Assembly: GCA_043228905.1 (NCBI GenBank)
Contig: JBHGNT010000015.1
Location: 18,352,001-18,416,000 of the forward strand
Reading direction: 5' to 3'
Source of the DNA: Azolla caroliniana
Taxonomy: Eukaryota > Plantae > Polypodiophyta
DNA length: 64,000 nt
Position numbers and translations under genes: made by a program. Under the pieces are notes generated by a model. That model made no database searches. It worked only from the letters and a program-made list of their open reading frames with translations, and was not told the origin of the DNA. Positions within the stretch are counted from its first letter, which is position 1. The number at the start of each line of letters is the position of its first letter. Positions 12,308 to 24,854 of the stretch are shown here, piece after piece.

Positions 12308-14131
12308 TCATAATGGTGACATGAAAGGATCCCCCAAGCTCATAGACCCTATGCCTTCCCACTCAACACAAGCTGTGGCTTCCAACCCAACCATGTCTTG
12401 CTCCCACCATCCATTTCCATCTGAATCTGCAAAGTATAGCAAATGATCAAACATTCTATGTATAGAGAAAATTGGTGTCGGGTTCAAGTGATCAAATGAT
12501 AACAGTATCTTATGAACAACAATCACAAGTTATATCTTTTTTTCCACACTGAGTGCAAAGATCAATTGATCCATGCTAGTTGGGCGGGTACAAAGACATC
12601 ATTTGACAAGTTTTGTGACATAGAATGACATATAGATGCCTATGCAGACTTCAACACTTTTCAGACGACAAATCACATGAACATGGAACCTCTTTTTGAA
12701 TACAATAACATGGATAGCTATGCACACTTGAACTATGGGGAGTAACCCCAAAGTACTCTGAGATTTTATTTTACTCTAGTGAATGCCTCTAGCTATAATT
12801 ATTCCTTCAAATGGCAATGGTTAATTCATCGCTTTATTTATCAGTTATACACGGTGTTTAAGAAATTATACAATCAGCTCGGGACATGCCTTCGGGGAAA
12901 TAAAGAAAAGCTCAGGTATTTCCTAGTTTTCCATAAATACTTGGGAAGCTAAATGCAAGATATAGAGCTGTTTCATAAGCTTCCATTGTACTCTGCTAAG
13001 AGTTGAAATAAAGCTCGTAGCAGGACGCTATGGAGATATTTAGAAGAAACCAAGATGATGGTTGAATACATCTGATTAGGTTTTCAATGTATAAGTTTAC
13101 AAACATGAAGGACTATGTACAGACAGATCAACATGAAAGGATGTAACATTGTGGAAGCAGAATAAATTGAGGTCACGAGGAAGATAAGGTTCAAATATTG
13201 GTGAATCCATGTACAACATTTACAGAAAGAAGACCAAATATGAGGGTCATCCCTGCGAATTCTCGCGTGGAAAATGCAGGGGTTTAAAACAGGAATGGAT
13301 GCAAGAACGTGAGAATCTATGTACAAAATGAAGACAAATTGTATGAGAAGAAGGAGAGAGCAATCCATACAGTGGTTGAAAATAGGGCGGGCAGATTCTG
13401 ATCTCAGCAGCTTAGGTCTGTTGGATACAGGATCATCGCCAAGCACTAGCAAACGGGAGGGCTTATTAATATATTCGTTCTTGTGCTTTCTTTTTCTGCG
13501 TTCTGCAACAAGCTCCCTTTTATTACCATCATCATCATTCATCACCATTATGAAAAAACATTAGGAAACATCACCATCACCATCATTTTTACATACAATG
13601 GACATAGAAACATCATACTTCTGTTCAGTTCGTCTACAAGTCTCTTCTTCGTCGAAGCTCTTTGCACACGGAGACTATCACACACACTCTCAGCACTGCA
13701 AGAAGACGTCAAAGAAGAAGAAGAAGCTGGAGTATCTGGCGGATTAAGCCCTGTGTCCGACCTCTGAGTTATCGGACCTCCATTCATCAACACACTTCTG
13801 TAGACAGAATCGAAGGGAAGCTTCTCTTTCTCCTTCTCCTTCTCCTTCTCTTTCTCTTTTGTCATGGTTGTCTTGTCCAGAAAATCTTGTAGAGAAAGAT
13901 CCCCACGTCGCCTGTTGTTAATATTTGCATCAAGATCGATCGAGAGACAGAAAAGGGAAACCGAGGAATGCAGAATTGACAAGAAGAACAATACTGTGTA
14001 TACCTAGGGTTGTTTGAAACAGCAGCAGCAGCAGCAGAAGAAGAAGAAGAAGAAGAAGAAGAAGAAGAAGCCATTGAAGAGAAAAGGGAGGCGACTGATT
14101 TTTGTCCAAGCTGCTTCATTACTGGATTCAT
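12308..14131 (-). CDS. Conserved uncharacterised plant protein (~235 aa) with SLxDFLD, LLVLGDDP and NHY..GWW...WEGIGS..LG motifs
   Basis: Exons 14131-14004, 13911-13597, 13516-13371 and 12426-12308 have phase-compatible GT-AG introns and total 708 nt. Splicing rebuilds FNHY-SDGNGWWEQDMVG...WEGIGSMSLG, a motif set I recall from a small plant protein family. Confidence 0.75.
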
Positions 14132-14257
14132 TCACGAAGCTTTCCTTCGTCCTGCGTTGCAGTCTGCAGAAACAGAGGAAGAAGAAGGAGGCGCAGAAAA
14201 CAGGGGGAAGAAAGAGAGGGAGACATTCTGTGAATTTCCGAATATGGCCTCTCCCTC

Positions 14258-14270
14258 ATACATACATACA

Positions 14271-14303
<33 letters not shown>

Positions 14304-14586
14304 TATACATACACACATACATACATACATACATACATACATTATACATACATAATGAATGGATATCTTTATTAAATAAGTAGCATATACATACATACAC
14401 ACACATTGCACAACATACATACATACATACATTATACATACATAATGAATGGATATCTTTATTAAATAAGTAGCATATACATACATACACACACATTGCA
14501 CAACATACATACATACATACATACATACATACATACAGATAGACATATATATCACACATACATACTGTACATACATACATACACAC
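14258..14586. repeat. (TACA)n microsatellite with an internal ~90-bp duplication
   Basis: catacata runs; the block attatacatacataatgaatggatatctttattaaataagtagc... occurs at 14341 and 14431. Confidence 0.95.
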
Positions 14587-15910
14587 GATCCTTGAGCAAG
14601 ACAACTCTCGTTCTTCACTGGACATCAATAAATGGCGTCCGATTACATTACTAAATACGGTGTATAAAATCCTAGCTAAAGCTATTAGTATACGACTTAG
14701 AATTATAATGCCTATAGTTATACATCCGACTCAAACAAGATTCATTCGGGAAAGGAACATTTTGGGTCATGTTTATACGTTTTGGGAATCTGTTGTTGTG
14801 GCAGCCAAATCTAATCAAAAGTTGGCCATTGTTATGCTTGATTTTGAGAAAGCTTATGGCCGTGTTGACTGGGATTTTTTACAAGGTGTATTGGCTCGTT
14901 TTGGTTTCTCGAAAGAATGGATAAGAGGTATTTCTTCATTATATAATTTTGCACAAAGCTGAGTCTTACTGGCTACGAATTATGGACCTTTGTTTCCTAT
15001 TTCTTGCTCAATTCGCCAAGGTTGTCCTTTGGCTCCTTTCCTGTTTTTATTTTTTGTTGAGGCAATGATTCTTTTTTGAATGCTGGTGATATAGGTATAT
15101 GGGGACTACGCATCCCACTCTCACAATAGGAGTACGGGACACTGAATTTGCAAATGACATTGTCCTATACTTAAAAGGTGATTTGGAAAATCTGCAAAAA
15201 ACAGAATTGGTCATATGCACATTTTGTAAGGCTTCAGGTGCACTGGTCAATTGGAACAAGTCCTTTGCATTTTGGGTGGGGGATGTAGAGCCTCCTCTAT
15301 GGAATCCACACCCGCAATTTCGATGGATACCATTAGGTTGCCCAGTTCGGTACCTAGGGTGTACGATAGGTATTGATCTTTTAATGGAAAATCAACTGGC
15401 ACCCCTCCTCTTGTCATTGCGGAAAAAGTTGTTATTATGGAGTTCGGTCAAGCTAACTTTTGTTGGTTGGATTGTAGTTGCTAATCAGGTTTTATTGGCT
15501 TCAACATGGTATGTTATGTCATGTTGGATTGTCTCCAAGTCATGTACTCTGAAAATACGTAGACTGATTCGTAATTTCTTCTGGTCTGGTAAAACGGAAG
15601 GCAATGCTCGGTCTAAAGTGAAATGAGATGTTATTACCTTACCTTGTTCTAAAGGAGGATTAGGTATTCTTGATCCAGTAGACCAATCAAGCTCATTGTT
15701 AAGTAGGTTGCTTGTTAGAGGATTTACGTCGGGGCAAGAGATATTGGAAAGTATTATTGTTTAACTATTGTTTAGATTGCTCTCCTCGCTTAGGTGCCCC
15801 CTAGCCGAAGGATGTAAATTGGATATTTATGGAAAATTTCTGAGTACCTTCATCCAATAGATGGGAAGACAAATTTATTAGGACACTATTTTTCAGCATG
15901 GAAACAAGTA

Positions 15911-18900
15911 TTTTTTTTTTCCCCGGAAATATATCCTTTCATTAGTTATGAACAATTATTACAATAAAAACTGACCTACCATCGAGCTACCATTGATCTG
16001 GTGCATTCTTCCTTAGGTTCCATCCCTCAAGGATAAATAGTATGAACACCACCACTCCTTAACCAAGTTATGTGATTGGTGGTGGGAACAACCATACTGG
16101 TGGTGCTAAGCACCATTTAAGTCTTGGATTTTGTACTGTGAGAAAAGGGGCCTTCTTCCAATAGGCAATAAATTCGAGACGTTGCAACACCGCATCATCT
16201 ATCTCACCTTTAATATCCTCATACCGCCCTTTCAAGGTATGTACCATCTCCATCTAGACATTCCGTACACTTTCCACTGGATGAACAATAGTATTACCAA
16301 ACACCTTAGAACACCTAGCAGTCCAAATAAACCACATTGTGGTGGTGCATAGTAGCTCCCATACTTCTTGCATTGTCTTTAACATGTAAGGAGCCTCCAT
16401 TTGACTTCGTTGCACCACCATTATCATTCCTCTTTGAATTCTAATAATCGTGTCATTTGGGCATGCCTCATATGGCCACATCACTTGTGCCATTGTAGCC
16501 CATACTACCATACCCCACGAAAAATTGCAATCCCTAAACATACAAGCAAGAACTCGAAACACTCGTCTCCAAACTTGTTGTGCAGCATGACATTCCCACA
16601 AGCAATGTTTCAATGTCTCCGTCTGACAACTACAATGTTTCATGTGGTCGATGCAGCTGATTGTTGCAACCATTGGCCAACTGGTAATGCTCTATGTATT
16701 ACTAGCCATTGGAAGACATTTATTTTCATATCTTGCTTCCTTTTCCATAATGTTCTCCAAAACTTTGTTAGGAATTCGGACGTGATCCCTTGATGGGTCC
16801 AAAATTGACTAGCTTGTGGTGTAGTCCTACATTGAGCTGCCAAAATGTGTCGTCCAATCTTAACTGAGTACTGAAAAAAAACCACACCTTTTTTCCGCAC
16901 GATCAAACGGATCTTTCCACCGAAATTCTCTCAGATCCCATTGCAACCTTATCAAAGGTTTCTTTTCAAAAACTCTCAGTTTCCAATGCTCCTTGACTGC
17001 CTCAATTTGTGGGTCGACGATCCACTTAGATCCATCATAAGCAAGGACCCTTATTTTAGAAAATGTAGCACATTGCAAGACCTCTGTTTGTATCGCTGCT
17101 CTACATATATTGCCATCTTCCTCCACATCATAGTCTTGACATCGTCCGCAAGACAAATGTCCCCTTACCCCCACTAGCACTTGAAGCCTCGTAAATGCTC
17201 CTTCCCACTTGGGAGGATTAAAGGACCATACCGTAGAGGCTGAGTGCCCCAAAACCGACTGCACCTGGTCCCACATAATCAGCCCCCCTCTCAAGGAAGA
17301 CAAGAATTCTGATTTGTCATTTATATTCAGAGTATGAAATGATTTCCATGCATCAATGGACGCTCCTGGCCTTACATCGAGCTTGGCCCAATCCAATTGC
17401 GTACGGGACCCCAACATGTGCCATGAGGGCAAACACATATTCATATTCCACACTAAGTTTTGTCTCAAGTATTCCTCCTCACATGTTGGTACACCATTTT
17501 CCAACCCTTTATGTACATGCTCCCATGCTCGTAGAAGACCATTAAAAAATTTGTCTTCCCAATTCCTAGTCATAACATGTTTCTTGTCTGGTATAAAGAT
17601 CCACCTTATGCTATCAGCCCATAATCCACCCATCGGCGGAGCACAACGATACAATCTTTGCATAAGCAATTGCTTCAAAGGAGCATGTCCTGGTAAAAGG
17701 CCATGAACTATTAGCTTTGCTAACAAGGCCATGCATTGGTCTAATGGATCTATAATCCCTAGACCACCGTATTACTTCAGGGTTATCAGTGTACTCCAAG
17801 CCACCTTCGCTCTTACATAACTCTTATCCTCCCCAGCCCATATAAAATTCCTAACTAGCCTTCGAATTTGTCCAATGCATGATTTTGAAAAGATCCAAGA
17901 TGAGGCTATATACCACACCGTAGATAGTAGCACATGGTTGGCAACTATCACTCTACCGACCAAAGATAGTTTAGCATGGCTCCACAAGAATAACTTTTTC
18001 CTCAAATTTAATTGTAATGGTGCAACATGTAATTCTAGAACCAAATCAATCCCAACCTACACTCCAAGATATTGAACTGCAACTCCTCTTTGAGTCCATT
18101 GGAAATTATGATGTGGTACCCAACAAGGCGACGGTTCCTTGCTCACCCAAAATGCAACAGTTTTCTCCCAATTTAACTTAGCTCCAGACGCTATACAAAA
18201 CTGTGACAAAGCCCCTTGTACTTGTTGCAAATTCGTTAGAGTCCCATCCACATATAATGCAGTATCATCTGCAAATTCCGAGTCCAATATATCTTGTCCA
18301 TGCATTGGCATTGCCAAACCACGCAAGCCTATAGATTGTGATGATATAAATACATGCATTGCTTCCGCAAACAAAAGGAACAAAAATGGTGTGAGTGGAC
18401 ATCCTTGGCGGATGGATCGAGTAATGTTAAACCGAGGTCCTACTCCACCTGCCAACAACACATGACTATGTGCATTTCTATAAAGACAAGAAACACCCTT
18501 AATCCATGCCGTGTTGAAGCCCAAGTGATGCATAGTACCTTCCAAAAAATTCCAGTCAACCCTATCATACGCTTTCTCAAAATCTAAAAGCAACACGGCT
18601 AGGTTTTGTTTGTTTTTTACCGCTATTGTAGTAGCCTCCCAAAATGTAAAAACATTATCCATAATACTCCTTTCCCTCATAAAACCAATTTGCGATACAT
18701 GAATTATCTTTGGTAATACCTCTTGTAACCGAGAACAAAGTAACTTAGCAAATAGTTTATAACTAGTATTCAAGAGGGTGATTGGCCTCCACTTATGAAT
18801 ATCTTCTGAAACCCCTTTTGTTTTAGGTATAAGATAAATAAGCCCCTCAGATAATGACATGGGCATCTCTCCACTTTCAAACATATGTTGGTAAGCATCT

Positions 18901-21900
18901 TTTAAATCTTTCTTCAGTATCCCCCAATATTTCTTGTAGAATTTAGGTGTAAGTCCATCCACTCCAGGACAACTATTGTCCGATAAAGAGTGTATCCAAT
19001 TCTGTAATAGGTGACATCAATGAATCTTGCATTGCTTGAGTAACCTTGGGTTGAATTTCCGCCCAGACCTTCATTCTATTTTGGCTGATATCCTCAGAGA
19101 TAGGCTCTTCTGACAAAAGGGTAGCATAGAATTTTGTGGCAATTTCACGTAGAACATTTGGATCCATTTCAAGTTCGCCATTTTCATTCCACAAACAATA
19201 GGTTACATTAGAGTCTCTCTTGGGGCCTTTAATATTAAAAAATTGTTTTGTACATCTATCCCCAATTTGTGTCCATCTTGAAGCAGAATTGTGATACCGA
19301 AATTGACTATGACATTCTTCCATATGTTGAACTTGTTTTCGGGCTTCTTCAAGATGTGAAGTTATCCATGCACACTCTGGCCGACCCTATTGCAATCTTT
19401 GCAAAGATATCAATCTTGCCCTCATCCTTCTTTCCTTCTCTTGATATTCCATAAATTTAGATCTTGATTTTAACGCAAAATATTGTGATATCTCCGTCAA
19501 AGCACAAGCCACTTTGATTGTAATGGGAACATCCATATTATCTTTGTTCCGCCAAATATCTGTCACTTGATTATACCATCTATCATGTAACATTACTTTT
19601 TCGGGTATCCTAAATTGTATGGACTCCCTTTTCGATTGCCCAAAGGTTCTCAATATAATAGGAGCATGATCAGAGAAAGTTGTGCTTGGCATAATAGTGA
19701 TATTTCCCCCATTTAAGACAAAGGCCTCCCCCACATAAAATCTATCCAATCTTGAAAGATTGGTTCCAGCAATTCTCCTATCACAATGTGAGAAACTCAA
19801 GGAATCCTGAGATCTATAAACATTAGGCATATGCCATGCATCCAAAATACTCAATTTCAAACACATCCGTTCCCAGACTGCTAATTCCTCCCCATGAATT
19901 GTTGAAACACTCCCTCCTTTCCTATCCTCCGGGTCCTCAAGCATATTAAAATCCCCCGCAACACACCAATGAGACACATTCGGTAATGCATTTGTAATTT
20001 CACACCAAAAGTGTTTCCTAGCCAATGCATGATTTGGCGTGTAGATATTCAAGTAACCCCAAGTTGTATGCAAATCTTGTAATACAATATATTGTGCTCT
20101 TCCTAGCACAATGATTTTTTTGCATATAATACTTGATTTCGAATGATGTGCTATTGCCATACACACCCCGCCTTGTGTACCACTAGTGCCAATAGCCGGG
20201 GACCAAAACATCTCCCAACTACCAGGTAATATAGTGCCATAGTTCCGTGTTCTTTGCTCATTCAAATGATGTTCTTGAAACATTATAATATCCAACGACC
20301 CATTCGTGAGACACTTTTGAATGCTTTCCTTAACCTACCTCTATATCTTCGATACAAGGGATCTCCCAAGCCCTGAACATTCCACGTGAGGAGCCTCATT
20401 AACAATGGTTAGAGACCGAACCATACCCGATCCTATGAGTCTTAGAGGATGGTTCCACGGAGCTTACACCCCCCCATCTCCCATAATCACCATTTGGCTT
20501 TTGAGTATGTCACAACCTTCTTTAATGAATTGCCAATGATGATGGGCCCGAGCCTTGGCTTGGCTTTCCAACTCATTATCTTCATGAATATAAACATATC
20601 CAAAATCAAACAATATATCTAAAGGTACATCCAATACAACATGCTTGCGGTTCATTGCATCCAAATACGGAACCATTGAACAACTTGCATTCTCTAACCC
20701 CCTCAATATTTTTTCCCCCAATTGAGGATTTTGCATGTATTTGGCAAAATACAAAACTTGTCCCCTCATGGCCAACATAACATTCGATTGATTCCATATG
20801 TCATTTCTCTCATAACCACATAATGGAAAGGAATAACCAACAAATGGGCTTTCCACTTGTTTTTGTCTAAATAAAACATGGACCCTTATTGCATTGGGTT
20901 CATGAACATCTTTAACACCCAAATGCTTTGTGAAATCATGCCCAAAGGGGGCTGCATAATCAAGTATTGAAAACCCACCATTTCCGGTATCCTCCTTCAA
21001 CATCCCACATGTTCTTATTGTGGTCGCATTATCCAAATTTTGTGATCGTAACGTTCTTTTTGAACGAAATGTTCTTGACTTGACACATCCATCATTTGGT
21101 TGGATGGTATTGTGAAAGTGTTTTTAGAATTCAAGGTATTGAAGTCTACAAAAATATAAGGTATGGAGCATTCACACCCGAAGGCCAAGAACACGAGCTA
21201 AGGTTTCAAGTATAAGTCAAACTAAAAGCAAGAAAGATGGAGAAAAGTAAAAGAAGGAAAAAGCAGACCACCAAAATGCAGTCCGAAACAAACGCTCATA
21301 ACTCTCTCGTTTGACACCCAAATATCACGCGTAAATATGGGTTAGAAAGCGTATGACGAGAGCTATCCGTAACTTTTTAAAACTCTAAATTTGGAGCATG
21401 GATGAGAGAGATATGACGATTAGAAGATCGTTGTGTCATAGCTAAGAATAGGAGATGGAAAAGCTCTAAAAAAAGCGTGGAAAAGAAAGCAAGCGAAACT
21501 TATCTACTAGAGGAGAACTTCATATAAATCAAGAAGAGTGAGGTGGTGAGGGGGGTCTTTTTCTTGTGATATTTTCTTGGATTTATGTAGTGTTGGTTGA
21601 GTTGTTATCAATTCATCCTTGTAGGCTTGAGTTTATGTATCTTCTTTCTCTTGTTTCTATGATCATCACTCCTTATTAATATATCTTTGTATATTTGGGT
21701 TTTTATATCTTTCTTCTCTCTCTTTTCTATCATCATCTCTCTTTTTAGGTACTAACATTTCCCCCCCTTATCTCAGTAGTGGATGTTGGTTGTTCTTGTG
21801 TATCAATTTCTATGTCCAATGCATTATACGCATTAGGGGTGAGGCATGTCTCTTGCATAGGCACCGTATGTGTCTTGCATCCATGCTTAGCCTTTACATT

Positions 21901-22705
21901 TATCCATTGATTGTCTCTAGTTTTCCCTTGTGCCCGTACACCCATACAATCTGAGGCTAGTTTCTCTTGACATTTATTTGCCTCATGCCCTTCTTGTTTA
22001 CAATATTCGCAACAACGTTTTTTTCCCCCCAATTTAACATTTCTCCTTGGGAAATTCTTGGCTAAATGTCCCATTTGTCGACAATAGAAGCATTGTCCAG
22101 GGAGTTTGGCAAACTCCACCTTTTGTTCTATAAAATCCCCTTCTTCATTTGATAGCATTACCTTTGTAGGTAAGTTTTCGAGTGATCCTACCAAGATTCA
22201 GGCTGATGGAAATCCTGACATTTTAGTTAATCGCATAACCATACTTTCTTGGACTCTCACTACCGTTCCGATCCTCGAAGCTATTGCTCCAAGCATTGGT
22301 AAATACTCCTTGCGTAATCCCGGGAAAACAATCATTAATGGAAGTATCCGATCTCCTTTCCGTATTGCCTCCATAGGATTAAAACCTTGTTTCCAAGGCA
22401 TCACAAATGCACAGGTACCTCTTACATCAAGAGGATTATGTTCCAACATTATGCCCGCTGATTCGATTGTATCCAATTCCACATGATAAAATCCTCGTCC
22501 CATAAATTGGATGTATCTATTATCCTACCAATTAATCCATGCATAGCTGCTTGTAATAAATCTTTGCACTCACCTCTATTCAGCCGAGCTCCCACCACTC
22601 TGCAGATCATGGAGAGTTGAGTTAGACACTGAATCTCTGATTTGAATTCAGCCTCTTCTTCTATCGAGAATACGATCGGTAGAGGCCGCTCCTTAGATTC
22701 TGTTG
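15911..22705 (-). mobile_element. Near full-length decayed L1-type LINE B inserted antisense into LINE A
   Basis: Poly(T) at 15911-15920 and perfect 15-bp TSD gcatggaaacaagta (15896-15910, 22706-22720). ORF1 pieces (GRGFYHVELD, zinc knuckles CFYCRQMGH and CEYCKQEGH) at 22705-21745. ORF2 starts at ATG 20399 (MRLLTWNVQGLG) with endonuclease GDFN/SDH, RT LDFEKAYDRV/FADD and zf-RVT, ending at 16068. Confidence 0.93.
20464..21036 (-). CDS. Unassigned 190-aa ORF between LINE B ORF1 zinc knuckles and ORF2
   Basis: Open frame with globular-looking composition directly upstream of the ORF2 start; no motif recognised. Confidence 0.35.
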   Translation of the reverse strand: MDNATTIRTCGMLKEDTGNGGFSILDYAAPFGHDFTKHLGVKDVHEPNAIRVHVLFRQKQVESPFVGYSFPLCGYERNDIWNQSNVMLAMRGQVLYFAKYMQNPQLGEKILRGLENASCSMVPYLDAMNRKHVVLDVPLDILFDFGYVYIHEDNELESQAKARAHHHWQFIKEGCDILKSQMVIMGDGGV

Positions 22706-24470
22706 GCATGGAAACAAGTATTACCTGGTTTGCCTCACAGTAAACCTAACCCCGAACATTAACTTGATATCTCAAACAAAAGATAGTCTGGAACCCGTTG
22801 TTTACAACATCAGATAGTTCAATGTTGGGTTCTAGACAATGGCTATCGTGGGGGAAAATGACAAAAGGTCCTACGAAAATAGTTTAGACTTGGAACGACT
22901 TTTTATCACGTTCATTGGAGGAGCAAAAAGAAATCCTATGTAATATGCATGGCGGCCAAATACTGTATCAACAAATTCAAGAAGCTATGAGTAGACTCCC
23001 CATACCACCCAATAACTCTATTCATAAATGGGTTGGGGTTTTTTCAAGATTGGAAGTACTCTTGGTTATTAAAGGGTATTTAGATGATAAGACATGCCGG
23101 TGTTTTGAGGTGGATGAAACAAACCAATTGACATCTCAGTCGGGGGAAATGGTGATAGATTACCCCTATGCTATTGAACACAAGATAAGGATCATCGGAT
23201 ATGCCGACCGTAAATGGTATATTGATCCAATGATAGAGGAAATAAGACCACATTGGAAGTTGTGGGTGTTAGTTAAAAAACCGCTATTAAGATTAGATTG
23301 GGACCCAATTGATTATCAGTGGACAGATCCTTACAAGGGTAACAAGTTCAATTTCTTCCAATATTCTGTATAGTTGGGAAGACATGTACTTTCAGATACA
23401 TGTGATGTGTTGCCGGTTGCATCTCAATATTGGAATCAACAAGGTACTACTCCCCAATTCCTTGCAAAATTCTGGGATATTTTATGGGCAAGAAAACAAA
23501 CACACGAAAGATTTCATGTACAATGGTTAGTTGTACACCGGGCCTTGCCAGTTGGCACATAGTTGCATAGGATGGGAGTATCTTCTGGTTGTACTTGATG
23601 TCATTTACAAACGGAAACTCAAAAACATTGTTTATGGGAATGCATTGAGTTTCATCCGATATGGTAATGTCTCCTTAGAATTTTTGCTAATTAATTTCAC
23701 CCATTGGTTTTCACTTGGAGAATGGTGGTTTGGACATCACTTGTCCATGATGCGTTCCATTGTGACACCGAATCTATGGACCATGGGTTTTACACTCAAT
23801 ATGGAAGTGTTCATACATTACCACTGCTGTCATTACAATTTTCAGGAGTACAGAAGGAAGTCCAACTAGTATGGGAGATAATGAGTAGTACCATTGTATA
23901 TCACATCTGGAAGGCTTGGTGCTCTCTTGTTTTCCACCAACTTAAAACACCACCAGCTGAAGTGGTTTCAAGTATTTGGTTAGACATAGTTCATAGTTTG
24001 AAGGGTCAATGGGATGGTATAGTTGGAGATTCTGAGGCTAAAATTGCTCAATGGCATGAGTTTCTTATTAGCTGGACAACTACTCCATTCATGACATCCA
24101 ATTATGGCACTCCTTATTGGCATTTTCAGCCTTCGAAATGGTTGTTTCCCCCGCCGATCACATAGAGGTTTAAAATCTTGTAATTTTTTTTATATTAATG
24201 ACAGAATATCTTCTTTAAAATTAAAAATAAAAAGACAACCCTCATTTTGCTGAAGAGCACAGAGGAAAAACAGAGAACGATTGTTGCAACTCAGAAGAAG
24301 ACGAAGTAGAGATGACCAACACGTTAGGCCAAGGGAACTCTGATGCAACGCCCCCAACAGCTCCTCCACGGTCTGCTATCGTCGTTGTCTTTACACCAAA
24401 AGAAGAAGCCATGTTGCAAAGAGAGGTAAGTTGTCTACACACCTATTCAATAGTAATTGATGTTAAGTTC

Positions 24471-24854
24471 TGTAAAGAATCAAGAGATGGTTTCTTGTGA
24501 AGCGGAAGAGATATGAGTTATGTGTGTGTATGTGTGAGAGAGAGAGAGACAAAGAGTAAAACACAGAGAATACGCAAGGTTAAGTATATTAACAAAGGAG
24601 AAAGACTCAACTTAATACAAGGTGGGAGGAGGGTGCTTTATGTAGTCACCCTCTCTCTTCATTAACTACAAGACTCATGGAGCATGGGGAATGTGAAAGC
24701 TCATAAGTTATGTGTCATAGAATATGATTCTATGACTCATACTAAATGCTAGAATACAAAGTGGTGACTTAATGGTGACTCTTGACTGTTGGAGTGTCTA
24801 TTCACTCTCAAGGTGAGTTCACACACTAGAACAAGTTGAGCTTGATTCTCAACA
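24471..24854 (-). repeat. Copia-1 3' LTR
   Basis: tgtaaagaat...tctcaaca, adjacent to the PPT (plus strand tgccccctcaag). Confidence 0.95.

Larger units (their letters stand above)
14613..24231 (+). mobile_element. 5'-truncated, decayed L1-type LINE A, split by LINE B
   Basis: RT motifs WRPITLLNTVYKILAK, LDFEKAY and RQGCPL at 14630-15910. ORF2 resumes at 22721 and ends WLFPPPIT* (24165), then an A-rich tail. Candidate TSD aagacaactctcgtt (14598-14612) / aagacaaccctcatt (24232-24246). Confidence 0.88.

Noticed and set aside
13862-14131. uORF whose stop overlaps a downstream ATG (ATGA) at 13865
   Set aside because: A phase-compatible intron 14003-13912 joins it to the main frame and restores the SLQDFLD motif, so it is better explained as exon 1.
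14010-14628. ORFs with YIHT/CMYV repeats and poly-E/K
   Set aside because: These are translations of (TACA)n and (GAA)n repeats; the real gene is on the minus strand from 14131.
21112-21540. Possible solo LTR inside LINE B
   Set aside because: It starts with TG, but I found no convincing CA end with a matching TSD.
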